In this document: piece after piece, positions 25,310 through 38,439 of the stretch
Layout of the letters: the number at the start of each line of letters is the position of its first letter
Position numbering within the stretch: position 1 is the first letter of the stretch
Source of the DNA: Stegostoma tigrinum
Taxonomy: Eukaryota
Direction of reading: 5' to 3'
Length of the DNA: 64,000 bases
NCBI RefSeq assembly: GCF_030684315.1
Contig: NC_081374.1
Location: 8,792,837-8,856,836, forward strand
Notes under the pieces: model-generated
Seen by the model: the letters and a program-made list of their open reading frames with translations, nothing else
The model's database searches: none
What the model was told of the DNA's origin: nothing
Translations under genes and position numbers: made by a program

Positions 25310-25978
25310 CATCCACTCCCTCCATCACTAATGCTCAGTAACAGCAGTGCATGCTATCTACAAGATGCACTGAGGAAATTCACCAAGGATCCTCAGATAG
25401 TACCTTCCAAACCCAGGACTACTTCAATTTAGTAGGACAAAGGCAACAAAAGTATGGGCAGACCACCACCTGCAAGTTCCCCTCCAAGCCATTCACCATC
25501 CTGGCTTGGAAATATATTGCTGATCCTTCACTATCACAGGTTCAAAATCTGAAATTCCTTCTCTTAAGGGCATCCCAGACAGACTACAGCAGTTCAAGAA
25601 GGCAGCTTACCTCCATTTTCTCAAGAGCAGCTAGGGATAGGCAATAAATGCTAGCATAGTGGCTCAGTGGGTGGAATCAAGGACCTGGATTCAATTCCAA
25701 CCTCAGGCGACTGTCTGTGTGGAGTTTGTACATTCTCCCCGTGTCTGTGTGGGTTTCCTCTGGGTGCTCAGGTTTCTTCCCACAGTCCAAAGATGTGCAG
25801 TTGAGGTGGACTGGCCATGATAAATTGCCCGTAGTGTTCAGGGATGCGCAGGCTAGGCAGATTAGCCATGGAAAATGCAGAGTTACAGGAACGGAGTAGG
25901 TTTGGGTGAGATACTGTTCGGAGGGTCATTGTGGGCCAAATGGCTTGTCTCCACACTGTAGAGATCCTATACTTCTAT
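25310..25978 (+). mobile_element. LINE 3' UTR fragment followed by an HE1-type SINE (from ~25655)
   Basis: aagaaggcagcttacc..ttctcaag..gggataggcaataaatgct tail, then HE1 body. Confidence 0.78.
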
Positions 25979-26519
25979 CCAATGTATTTCAAATAAGTAA
26001 ACTCCTACTTCTGTGTGAAAAGGCGTTGCCTGATCTTATGATTATTGCCCCGGTTCGCGGATTCCCCAAAATTTAGCAATTGAATCACCCTCGATCAAGT
26101 TACCTGTCAGATCTAAAGTCTCACTGAAATGTATAAAACTCACTGATGTAAATTGGGATAAACGGTTAAAGGTACTAACACCTCTCTTTAGGGGTGACAC
26201 TCTCAGAATAAAGGATTGATATTTTAGGACCAATTTGAGGAAAACTTTCTTCACTGAGTTGTTGTATATGTCGGATCCTGAAGGGATTAACTGTCATCAC
26301 AGGATAAGTTCCACCCACCCAGATACAAAAAGCTGTTCATCAATTCCTAAGCTGTTGCCCTTTGTTTTCATGGCACATCCCTGAATAGTCATGTCCACGT
26401 GGTCTTAAGTTGAATATGAGTCTTGCAAACACAATCCTGCGTCATATGTAATTGAACAATATTTAATACGCCTGTTTGCAGTTCATTAAGATTGTGCCTA
26501 TCTTCTTCTGGCTGTTCAA

Positions 26520-26910
26520 CTTTAGAAGAATGAGAGGTGACTGCATTGAAACATACAAGATTCTAAGGGGCTTACACAGCAGAAGCAGAAAGGTTGTATC
26601 CCCTTAAGGGTGGGTCCAGGACTACAGGCCATAACCTCACAGTAAAAGGGTCTCACACTTAAATCAGAGTTGAGGAGGATTTTTTTTCTCTCTGAGGGTA
26701 GTGAATTTATAGAATTCCTTACCACAAGGGCTGGGTCATTGAGTATATTCAAGGCTGAGGTAGATGGATTTTTAACCAGTAAGGAAATCAAGGGTTATGG
26801 GAAAACGGTTGAAAAGTGGGCTTGAGGATTGTATCCATGATCTTATAGAATAAAAGAGCAGACATAAGAGGTTAAATGGCCTTACTCTGCTCCGTTATCT
26901 TATGACCTAC
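26520..26910 (+). mobile_element. CR1 3' fragment
   Basis: tttagaagaatgagaggtgac..gaaacatacaagattcta ORF2 end and 3' UTR. Confidence 0.75.
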
Positions 26911-27306
26911 TGTTTAAGATTCTTTTGAGTGCAGCATCAGGAGCCTAGACGAATACCAGCGAGAAGGATCAGTGGGTGTGACTCCACAACATATTATAAC
27001 TTGGCGACAGCTGTGAGGATTTCACCAATTACAAACTCAGTGGATTAAAAAAAATTTAGAATTCTCTACATCAGATAGTAGTGGGTTCTGTAATTGACTG
27101 TATTCAAAGTAGTAAATGTTTAGATATCTCGAACATGGGGATAAAATGGGAAAGTGAAATTCAGAGAGAATTTCAACTGTTTAATGAAACGACAGAGTAG
27201 GATTGAGTGGCCATTTGGCTATTTTGACAGATGAAAATATTCAATGCGACAAAAGGCAGTGAGCAGGTGAACTGGAGAATGTAAGGATCTGAATAGATTA
27301 TTTTAC

Positions 27307-27491
27307 CTTTTACTCTCACTGCGATCGTGTGCCGTATGCTTCCCATTTTATTGGATGCCAAGCAAAAATACTCGCCGGAGTTCTCTTCAGAAACATCAGT
27401 GATTCTCAATGTTTTGTTGTAGTTTTCAATTCGCACCTTTGGCCACGGCAGTTCACCACCTTTCTTGTACCAAATTATATCTGGTGTGGGT
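27307..27491 (-). CDS. NFASC: Neurofascin exon, Ig3 C-half ([15 protein letters not shown]...[24 protein letters not shown])
   Basis: ttttcag acceptor, GTAAAA donor; 185 nt, phase 2->1; [18 protein letters not shown] matches NFASC. Confidence 0.97.
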
Positions 27492-28380
27492 CTGAAAATC
27501 AAAGGAATTATTTCAATGACGTAGATTTAAGTACAATGGATGCACTGTGAAGAAATATGCAGTTCAAAGATGGTTCGGTCACAGCTCTCTTGTCCCTGAG
27601 TTGGAAGATTGTGGCTTGAAGTCAAGTAGCATTATAAAAATACATTAAAGCATGGAAATCTAGCGTGATACACCAATGTAGAGCTCCGAAACTGCTACAC
27701 TGTCCCCAAAAGAAACCTCAACCCATACATGAATTTTCACAGCAATACTGAGATTAAATGAATATTCTTGTAAATTTTTTGGTAAGTATCTGAATTGAGT
27801 TTACTGAGGGTGAAAGTCCAAAGTGTGTAAAGCAATGCAATTTAAAGAACTTGATCCAAGTTATAAATATCTGAGTTAATGACACTTTTATCATCTTTTA
27901 AATAATTGATTGTTTAAGATAGGTGTATTTATTAGTATTTGTGTTCTTTGATTTCTGAGTTGCAAAATTTAAAATGTGAACATCGTGTCTTAATCCTTTT
28001 AATAAATATCGGGATTTTCAAGCTCTAAAAATGTTTCAAAGCATCACTGGTCTGTGGCAACAATGAGTTGCTACCAAGAGGTCTTTTGGCACAATGGGTC
28101 ATGTTCCTACCTGTGAGTCAGAAGCTCCCAGTTCAAGTCTCACCTCAGGATTGATAGTTTTGGAATGTGTATCATAATATGGTCAGAAAGGTTACTTTCC
28201 AGCCTGTCCATCCCATGCACCTATGGCAGGCAGCAGGAGTGGAATAGCCTTGTGATTGCTCAAACACAATAGCCTCCCCGGCAACAGGCATCTAAAGACA
28301 TCGCGCACATTTTTTTTGCCATGAGCAAGTGTTATCCTTATTCCGAGACACTACTCTACCCAGGCACAACACCTACCCAG

Positions 28381-28523
28381 AGATAACAAGGCATGATGAA
28401 GGGTCTAGGCACGAAACATCAGCCTTCCTGCTCCTATGATGCTGCTTGGCCTGCTGTGTTCATCCAGCTCTACACCTTGTTATCTTACATTCTCCAGCAT
28501 CTGCAGTTCCTACTATCTCTGAA
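28381..28523 (+). mobile_element. Penelope-derived hammerhead element with short inverted 5' arm, 15-bp TSD
   Basis: acaacacctacccag at 28366-28380 and 28524-28538; tgatgaagggtctaggcacgaaacatc. Confidence 0.82.
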
Positions 28524-28629
28524 ACAACACCTACCCAGCTCGATCTCTGCCGCAGTGTGAAATGTTCATCCAAAATTCCAACTTATCCCAAAGCTCCCCA
28601 GGGGAAAGGTTGTGATACACCACAATGAA

Positions 28630-30160
28630 TGTGTACATGAACATGAATGTATGATTACTGAGAATACCCAGAACACTGAGAGAGGGAAGGGAGGGAGTTG
28701 CTGGGGTCTTGCGAGAAATCTTTGTATCTCTCCTGTAGCCAGTGGGGGTCCCAGAGGATTTGAGGATAAATAGTGTTGTTCCTTTGTTTAAGAAGAGTGG
28801 CAGGCACAATCCAGCTAATTACAGGCCAGTAAGCCTTATATCAGTGGTAGGGAATTTATTGGAGAGGATTTTTTGAGACAGGATTTATTCCAATGGGAAA
28901 TAAGTGGGCGTATTAGCGAGAGGCAATATGGTTTTGTGAAGGGGAAGATCGTGCCTCATTAACTTGGTTGAGTATTTGAGTAAGTGACAAAGATGATCAA
29001 TGAGGGTGGGGCAGTGAATATTGTCTACATGGACTTCAGTAAAGCCTTTGACAAGGTCCCTCGTGGCAGACTGATACAGAAGGTAAAGTCACATGGGATG
29101 AGAGGTGAGCTTGCAAGATGGAAAAAAACTGGCTCAGTCATAGAAGACAGAGGGTAGCAGTGGAAGGGTGCGTTTCTGAATGGAGGGCTGTGGCTAGTGG
29201 CATTCCTCAGGGATCAGTGTTGGGACCTTTGCTATTTCTAATATATATAAGTGATTTGAAGGAAAATGTAACTGGTCTGATTAGTAAGTTTGCTGATGAC
29301 ACAAAGTTTGGTGGAATTGCAGATAGGGATGAGGGCTGGTTAAATGATACTGCTGGATATAGACTGCCTAGTGATTTGGACAGAGAAGAGGCAGATGGAA
29401 TTTAAACCGGAAAATGAGAGAGAATGTATTTTGGAAGGTTTTATCCAGATGGAATATATACAGTAAATGGCAGAACCCTTAAGAGTATTGATAGGCAGAG
29501 GGATCTGGGTGTACAGATACACAGGTCACTGAAAGTGGCAACACAGGCAGAGAAGGTAGTCAAGAAGGCATATGGCATGCTTGCCTTCAGCTGCCGGGGT
29601 GCTGAGATTAAAATTTGGCGGGTAATGTTGCAGCTTTACAGAACCTTAGTTAGGCTGCATTTGGAATATTGTGATCAATTCTGGTTGCCACATTACCAGA
29701 AGGATGTGGTGGCTACGGAGAGGGTACAAAAAAGATTTACCAGGATGTTGCCCGGCATGGAGGGCATTAGCTATAAGGAGAGGTTGGAGAAACTTGAGTT
29801 GTTCTCAGTGGAATGACAAAGGTTGAGGGGTGACCTGATTGAGGTCTGCAAGATTACGAAGGGCACGGGCAGACTGGACAGTCAGAAGCTTTCTCCCGGG
29901 GTGGAACAGTTATGGGTTTAGGCAATGGGCAATGTTTAAAGGTGATGTATGAGGCAAGTTTTTTACACAGAGGGTGGTGGGTGCCTGGAACCCGCTGCCG
30001 GGGGAGGCAGTGGAAGCAGATACAATAGTGACGTTTAAAGGCAGTCTTGACAAATACATGATTCGGATGGGAATAGGGGGTTTTAGTTGTGATGGCCAGT
30101 GCAGGCTTGGAGGGCCGAAGGGCCTGTTCCTGTGCTGTAATTCTCTTTGTTCTACGTGCT
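28630..30160 (+). mobile_element. 5'-truncated CR1 LINE (RT to 3' end)
   Basis: [27 protein letters not shown]; LHLEYCDQFWLPHYQKD. Confidence 0.92.
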
Positions 30161-30250
30161 TCAGACACATGCACATACACAAGCCTGTTTCAGCAATCAT
30201 AGGCATGAAGTTCATGGGTTGGTACAAAAAACTAGTTTGCCAATATCTTA

Positions 30251-30466
30251 GATAATGGGACCTGCAGATGCTGGAGAATTCCAAGATAATAAAATGTGAG
30301 GCTGGATGAACACAGCAGGCCAAGCAGCATCTCAGGAGCACAAAAGCTGATGTTTCGGGCCTAGACCCTTCATCAGGATGAAGGGTCTAGGCCCGAAACG
30401 TCAGCTTTTGTGCTCCTGAGATGCTGCTTGGCCTGCTGTGTTCATCCAGCCTCACATTTTATTATC
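30251..30466. mobile_element. Palindromic Penelope-derived hammerhead element, 12-bp TSD
   Basis: gccaatatctta at 30239-30250 and 30467-30478; near-perfect ~90-bp inverted arms. Confidence 0.86.
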
Positions 30467-30699
30467 GCCAATATCTTATCCCGTTTGGTCCATCTCTGAC
30501 TCCAACTCTCAAAACAGTGTGGTTCTTTCCGAAGTGAGCTCTGAAGTGGCATTCAGTTGTAGCGAGCAAATAGCCAGAACTGTTTGTCCATCTGCTACCT
30601 CTGCCACCTTTTCAGGGCACCAACATCCTGCTCTTGCCCCCCCCAAGCCCACACCCCAATACTGACGGGAAGCACAGTTGGAACTCCAGTTTGACATAC

Positions 30700-30811
30700 A
30701 TTCCTGAAGCGATGCATTCCAGTAACAGGTCTTCCCCTCGCAGAATGATTCTGCTGCTGGAGGTCCCCGTTGGTGACATGAACTTCGGAATCTGCTCCAT
30801 GATTGGTCGAG
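30700..30811 (-). CDS. NFASC: Neurofascin exon, Ig3 N-half (ARPIMEQIPKFMSPTGTSSSRIILRGEDLLLECIASG)
   Basis: tttgcag acceptor, GTATGT donor; 112 nt, phase 1->2; LRG.DLLLECIASG favours NFASC over NrCAM/L1/CHL1. Confidence 0.96.
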
Positions 30812-31641
30812 CTGCAAACAAATACACACAGCTGTAAGTTAGAAGATGGCAAACAAAGGAAAAGAATAGCCGTGGAGAACAAAAACACAATGAACTATCT
30901 TAGATATAATCACTGGTAAATACAGTCATGGAAATATATTTCAAAACCTGAGGCCCAATGTTTGAAATTTCTGCTTGGTTGATAGTTTGTCAACAGATAG
31001 GGAGATAAACTCATCCTTGACTCATCTGTCAATTCTGAATGGGCTGAATGGTAGGCAACATAGTGAGTTTTCACATTAGTGAAGGTAGTGTGTTGGCTGA
31101 ATGAGCATCCCTTACTCAGAAATAGTATGGGATCATCCCACCCCTTATATTCTTAAAAGGTTAGGCGTGCAGGCCATCAGATCGAGGGGAGGCCAATGGA
31201 AGAACTGTTCAAGTCTTCCCCTCAGTTTTCACAGAGCGGATGGATATTGTAAATATCAATGGACTGAAGATGAGTGTGCAGCTGGCAGTCGGATTATTAT
31301 GGTAAGTTAGTAAATGGCATTACTCGAGTATAAGGTAGGCAGATTGCCAGAAAGCTGGCCATTCACATTGCAAAGTACCCAGGAAAGAGAATTTAAGAAG
31401 TCTATGGAAAAGGAAAACATAGTAAGAACCAGTGACCAGAGATGGGGGGTGGGGAAGTGTGGGTGTGTGGGTATCTATTGTCCATCAGGTGTTTCAAACT
31501 AGTGACAGGAATAAGCCTGGACATTGTGAGTTTCATAGCCTTGCAGAGTTTGTTACTGATTTCCTGGTGCTCAAGGTCTAGCCCTGCACGGGACAGAGAG
31601 CTGGCAACAGTCAACATTTGTGTTGGAACCTGCACCCAGTG

Positions 31642-31920
31642 GGTGGCACGGTGGCTCAGTGCTCAGCATTGCTGCCTCACAGTGCCACGGAGCCGGGTTC
31701 ATTTCCAGCCTCGGGTGATTGTTTGTGATCCCCCTGTGCCTGTGTGGGTTTCCTCCCACAGTGCAAAGACGTGTAGATTAGGAGGATTGGCTATGCTAAA
31801 TTGTCCGCAGGCTATGTCGATTAACTATGGTGAATGTAGGGTTACAAGGATAGGTTGGGAGCGTCAGTGCAGACTCAGTGGGCCAAATGGCATCTGTCTG
31901 CACTGTATGGATTCTATCTT
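31642..31920 (+). mobile_element. HE1-type SINE
   Basis: ggtggcacggtggctcagtg head; family body. Confidence 0.82.
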
Positions 31921-33004
31921 CCTGTTGATCAGCCAATTTCAAACTAGGTGAATGAGATTGACAAATCTCAACATTTTGTGAGATGGTACCATATTCACTT
32001 TGCTTGATCTTGAGATACATGGGTGTATAAGCTTACTCAAAAGTGGTTCGAGCAAGATGTGACTGATAAGTAAGCACAGAATGATTTTGATTTAGAACTG
32101 GGTAGCTTTTTCTAAAGAACAGTCATAGACAGCAATGGCCTGCCTGAAAACCCTGCTTTCTAAAACTGCTTCTCACTATGGTAAAGTTTGCTGTGTTGGC
32201 AGTTTTAGCAAGGCTGAGCACTGCAGAAAACCAGAAAAGGTTCAGCTTACATTCAGAAAATACTCTCTTGATAGAGTGAGAATGTGGTGTCACAGGATTA
32301 AGGTTAACAATCTACCTGTGCAATGGTAATACCTCTTTAGCAGGAAGATGTTTTAAATGCCCTTGGTTTAGCAGAAATAGCCCAAGTCGGCAGTCCTGTC
32401 ATTTTGAAGCCGAAGTGTCAGTGCTGTGGAAAACCAGCTGAATGCTAGAAAAATTGTAACTACCGGTGATTTCAGTGGGATTCCAGCAATATTTAATTTC
32501 TAATCACTACAGCTAATGTAACAAATGGGCACAGAAACCCACTCCATCATCCTTTCTTATTTTGTAGTGTTTGAAGCTCCAATGATGGTGGTGCAGATAG
32601 TTTAAGACCCCAAGAAAGTCTGGGTAATTAGATTTAGGGTTAAGCTTAAATGTGGAAACAGTACCTCACAGTTAATTCCACAGAGGATCTGCAGAGAGGC
32701 TGCAATGGTTACTGTGTTTAAAACCAGGAGACAACAAGCGACAATTTGCTCTTAGCAAGAAACAAATTGAGAAATCCGCCATGATTCAAAAGTTTCCGAG
32801 ACAAATATCTAGAGTAAATGTTTTTCTTACGAGGAAATTGGCATGGAATTCAGAGGGTTGGTGTGGACTTGATAGGCCAAATAGACCGCTTCGACACTGT
32901 AGGGATTCTATGATTCTATGAAAGGTTGGACACACTAGAGTTTAGAAGAGTAAGAGTGGACTAGATCAATAAGTACAAGATTCTGAGCGGCTAGTTATGG
33001 TTAG

Positions 33005-33870
33005 AGCAGCACAGTGGTATAGTGGTTAGCACTGCTGCCTCACAGCAAGAGGGAGCTGGGTTCAGTTTTATCCTCAGGTGACTGACTGTGTGGAATTTTC
33101 ACATTTTCCCTGTGTCTGCGTGGGTTTCCTTCAGGTGGTCTGGTTTCCTCCCACAGTTCAAAGATGTGCAGGTTCAGCAGATTGGCCATGCTAAGTTATC
33201 TATTTGCTCCACATCTGGAGTATTGTGTCCAGTTCTGGTCACCTCATTACAGGAAAGATGTGGAAGCATTAGAAAAGGTGCAGAGGAGATTTACCAGGAT
33301 GTTGCCTGGAATGGAGGGAAGGTCTTACAAGGAAAGGTTGAGAGAGCTAGCGCTTTTCTCTTTAGAATGACGATGCATGAGAGGTGGCTTGATAGAGGCG
33401 TACAAATTGATCAGCGGTATAGATAAGATAGATAGCCAGGGACTTTGTCCGAGAGTCAAGGTAGCTTTTACGAGGCGACATAGTTTTAAAGTGAAAGGAG
33501 GTAGATATTAGGGAGATGTCAGAGGTAGGTTCTTTACTCAGACGGAGGTAGTGAGTCGGCCTCATTCGGGGCATTTATGCAGCTATTAGATAGGCATATG
33601 GATGATAGCATAAGGTAGGGGTGGAGGTTAGATAAACCTTAGGTTCAGGGTAAAAGTTCGGCACAATATCGTGGGCTGAAGGGCCGGTACTGTCCTGTAC
33701 AGTTCTATGTTCTATCTATTTTATCCAGGGATGTGCACGTACGGTGGGATAGGCATTGGAACTGCAGGGATGGGGTAGATACTTGGGCCTGAGTGGGGTG
33801 CTCTTAGTGGGTCAGCATGGACTTGATGAGTCAATTGTCCTGCTCCCACAGCACAGGGGTTGTATGATTA
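33005..33870 (+). mobile_element. HE1-type SINE interrupted by a CR1 3' fragment (~33206-33715)
   Basis: SINE body resumes at ccagggatgtgc (33725); tatctattt flanks the CR1 piece (HLEYCVQFWSPHYRKD). Confidence 0.82.
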
Positions 33871-34639
33871 TAGAGAAGAGGTTTCCTCTGGAGAATCTAG
33901 AAGTAGGGGTCGCTGCATAAAAATCAGTGGTTGCCCACTTAAAACAGATGAGTCTGAGAATTTGTTTTTCTCTCAGAGGGTCACAAGTCTTTGGAAATAG
34001 TAAGAACTGCATATGCCAGAGTCAGAGAGAGCACAGTGTGGAGCTGCTGGAGGAACACAGCAGGCCAGGCAGCATCCTGCTCCTCTGAGAGCTGTGAAAA
34101 CTGATTAGGTCTGGATGCAGGGAGAAACAGAGTTAATGCCTTGACTTCAACAACTTTTTGTAAGTGCCTCAGTTTCTCCAGCATTTTCTTACACCATCCA
34201 TCCCACCCTCAACATATCCGGAAGAGCTTCAAAGCCAATTACCTGCTTTTGAATTGTCACGGCTATTGTAATTCATGCAAATTCTTTCAAAAGGGGTCAA
34301 ATAAGAGTGGTCCTGAGGGTGGAAACCATGGTGATACTTCATTCCGCCCAACCCACAACACCCCCCCACCCCCCCAATTACTCTGTAGCTACAGCCCACT
34401 TTCACTGCCTGACAGAAAAAGCAACATCATCACAGTCAGTGGTTGAAGAAACTATAAGGAAATTATGCGTGTCACAATGTTCCTGTAGCATTACTGAGAT
34501 ACTGCGTTACACAGGGAACAGTAACCAAGGAGCACTTGCACCGAGTTACAGTATTAGTATGTTAGTGAGTTATTGGGCTAACAGTGAGCAGATCCACATA
34601 AATTGTACAATTAAATAAAATCTTTAAACATTTAACTAG

Positions 34640-35260
34640 CACCATGATCAACATTCTGGGGGTTACCCTGACCAGAAACTGATCTAGACTCACTATATCA
34701 TTACAGGAGCTACAAGAGAAAGTCAGAGGCTAAGAATTGTGCCATGAGTGTCTGTCTCCTGGCTCGTCACAGCTGGTCTGTCATATACGAGGCACAAATC
34801 AGGATTGTGATGGAATTCATTTGCCAGGATGGGCCAGCTCCAACAAAACATGAAGCTTAAAACCATCCAGGGCAAAGCAGCCCACTTGACAGACACCTCA
34901 TGTACAAACGTCCACTTCCTTCACTGCAAACATTCATCGAAGATCCTTGCACAGCACCTTCCAAACTCACAACCAATTCCAAGTAGAAGGGCTAGAGCAG
35001 CAGGGATAATGGAACCCACCACCTTCAAGTTCCCCTCTACGTCACTCCCCATCCTGACTTGGAAATAGATCAGCATTGTTTCAGTGTCACTGTGTCAAAA
35101 TCCTGGAATTCCCTCCCTCAGGGAACAGTGGGTCTACCTACAACATTTGGATGGCAGCAATTTAAGAAGGGAGCTCACCATCGCCTTCTCAAGGGCAGTT
35201 AGCAATGGACAATAAACGCTGACCCAGCCAGCGACACCCATGTCCCACAAATAAACAAAA
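34640..35260 (+). mobile_element. CR1/L2-clade LINE 3' fragment (second family)
   Basis: ILGVT..D.KL-like remnant plus the shared 3' UTR tail. Confidence 0.7.
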
Positions 35261-35949
35261 GAAGTAGGATTTGAAAAGGCATAATAACTTGCGAGCAAAG
35301 GTGAAGACCATGGGAACAATAGTCATTAACAGAACCCAAGTCTGATGGTGAAATCCAAAATAAGACATGACTGTTTTCCTTCACAGTAGGTCTGTTCACA
35401 GGATGGAGACCTGACAGATCTCTGCCTGCTGTCTGTCAAACCAATGTCCCTGCTGTTTCATTACATACTCTTTTGTGCAAACAATAATCAAAGTAACTAA
35501 CTTACTGGTCTTTTGAAGGGCAAAAATGTCTTTTTATGCACTTACTTGAAAACCAAATAAAAATTAAATCAATTAAGCCAAATGAGAAGTTAACAACTCC
35601 TGAAAATTGCATTATAATTATGACAGGAGTTCAGTGAGCCTTCAAAGTTTTTATTAAAACTTTGTAGATTGAGATAAAGCACTCTAATGGCGCCCACTGC
35701 TGGTGAAGGTCACAAGTGAGCCAGTGGACACCGTGTAATCCCTCTCCAAGGCTGCCTGGGTACCAGACATCACCATGGAGCTGAAGCAGGCAGGTTCTTG
35801 GGCCTAACAGACCCCTCCACAACCCACAGTCTCAAAGTATTGTTGGCCACCTTGGCATAAGTCCTCCAATCTGCTCACTGCACCCCCACCCCTCTGCCTT
35901 CTTTTACACTTTGTATGTGATCCAACTTCTTAAATCAGACAATTCCCAT

Positions 35950-37860
35950 CACTTGACTATCTTTAACAACATGATCAAAAGAACCATTGACGAGGACAGT
36001 GAGTATGAGATCGTCTGAGTAGCAATAGATAGGCAGTAGTGATGCAAGGCAGATTTCTGGACTGGCAAGAAGTATGCTGTGAGGTTACCTAGGTAGGAAC
36101 AGGACCACAATTTTCTTAGCCTGTGTGATTGACATGGGCTCGGGTGCAGTGGGCGACATTTCATTATTTGCAGTGGAAACAAGACTTGGAAATGCTGTGA
36201 AATATGAGGGGGGCGTGGTGACAGATGTTGAGAGAATGTAGACAGGCTAGTGGAATAGGCAGACACATGGCAAATGAAAAATTGCTTCTGAAAGTGGTTA
36301 TAAAGGTTTACAGGATCTTGGGTTTTATAAAGACAGCATGACATTGTTGTGGCTTTAAGAGGTTATTTTGTCCTGGTTTCTTTGAAAGTGAGGTTTTGAG
36401 ACAGAGGTGCTGAGTTGTCTAGCTGGAAATCCAATAAACAACTTGTGAAGCCCTAGAACAAAAAATGCAGCCTGGGTGGCTGTGGTCAAGCTCCCACAGA
36501 ACCAGCATCTTCAGGTTTAACTTTTGGCAGAAACTGCCATGATTGTGAAAAACTGGTACATTTTTCTTAGAGATTGCTGGAATTCTCTCTCAGAATTGTC
36601 TTTTGATGTTCTTTCCTCGTGTAAGACAATCTGTGTTCTGAATTTGCTTTTTTTGCCAAGGGGTGTGTTTAGGGGATGTTACTATATTGGAACAGTTATG
36701 TTTAGTAGCAAGATAATCCATTACTCTGTTAAATTTTCCAACAGAGTTGTTATTCCAAGTTCCTCTTTCTTTTGTTGTAGTGTTACCTGTCGTGTTTAAA
36801 CAAAGTGTTTTGCTTAACATCGAGTAGTTTGACCAATTGAATTGCACCTAGAACCCAACACCTGACATTTATCTTTAAAATTAAAGTAAAAGTTAAGGTC
36901 TAAACGCCTAAAATATTTTGAGCAGGTCTGGTGTCCTTTATTCATTCATGGGATGACAGCACCACTGACTAGGCAGCATTCTTTGTCCAGAGGGCAGTTA
37001 TGAGTCAATCACATTGCTGTGGATCTGGAGTCACATGTAGGCCAGACCAGGTAAGGATGGCAGTTTCCTTCCCTAAAGGACATTAGTGAGCGAGATGGGT
37101 TTTTCCCAACAATTGGCAATGGATTCATAGTCATCATTAGATTCTTAATTCCAGATATTTATTGAATTCAAATTTCACCATTTGCTGTGGCAGGATTTGA
37201 ACCCAGGTCTCCAGAACACTGTCTGGGTCTCTGGATTAACAGTCCAGCGATAATACTATGAGACCATCACCTCCCAGGGTCATAACAAGAAATATAATAG
37301 ACAAAACGGAAGGAAGTTATCATAAGTTTTCATTGAGCACTATTTCAGCCTCGAATGGAACATTGAGCATAAACCTGAGTGTTGTATTTTCAGAAGGTGT
37401 GCTGACAGTAGAGAACATGCAGACAGCATGTTTCCAGAGATTTCAGTGACATGAGTGGATTGAACAAGCTGAGGTTGTTTTCTTTAGAATCGTTTCAGGG
37501 GAGCTTTAATTGAGCAGTTCCAAACACTCAGAAGTTTCTCAAGAGCAGATGGAGAGAAACCGTTCCTCATCGATGGAAAATCAGAAGCCACTGATTTAAG
37601 GTCAATGGCAAAAGAACTATTGCTTGTATGAAGAAAACCTTGTTATATGGTAAGTGGTTTGAATCTGGAATGCACTGTCTGTGAGGGTTAGGATTTACTC
37701 ATGGATTTCAAATGAATATTGGTTATGCAGCTGAAAGGAAAAGATTTGAGAGGTAATGGGGAAAGGGTTGGCAAGGGGACATGCTAAATTGCTGTTGTAA
37801 AGAATAGAATCTGATCTGATCAGCCTAATTACCTCTTTCTGTGCTATAGCTATTCTGTGA
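35950..37860 (+). mobile_element. Nested cluster: old CR1, interrupted by an LTR-like segment (~36345-37287), itself interrupted by a SINE (36935-37275, -)
   Basis: CR1 RT remnants on both sides; inner segment runs tgttgt...cataaca; SINE matches the 22570 family. Confidence 0.55.
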
Positions 37861-38439
37861 TTCAATAACCCCATGGTTAGGCCATGGCAGAAAGAAGATT
37901 CTCTCTTCATCCCAGACCTTGTGCACAGTTCTGTTGAGCACTGACATTGTCTGGGATAGTGGGTCTTATAATTACCCTGCAGACAATGAGCAACCCTACT
38001 GGGATTCTTGATTACAGGCAGATTCACCAGCTGATATGTTTCAATCTCAGAAATCGATGGGAAGTAAGGGCTGCAGAATTCCATCATTTCCTGATCAGTC
38101 ACCTCAATGCATGCCCATGCCATTGGCAGTGAACCTTGAAAATCTCACTTGATGCATTCAAATGCTGAAGTGATTTCAAGGTGATCAGCACAGGAAACCA
38201 TAGAGAGCAAGCTAAGAGGAGGGAGGATGCCATTCTGCTGTCTACCAAACAGTGAGGTCATGGCTGATTTATACTCAAACTGCATTGAATACCCCATCCA
38301 TATCCTTTTATATCTCCACCTGGCAAAGCCACTTCCTATTGGACACTTTTGATTAAAACAGTAACTAATGTTTTCTTCAGAAAATTGCAAACTTCCAATT
38401 AACTGCTCATGGAGAAGTATTTTGTGATAACGCGCCCTG

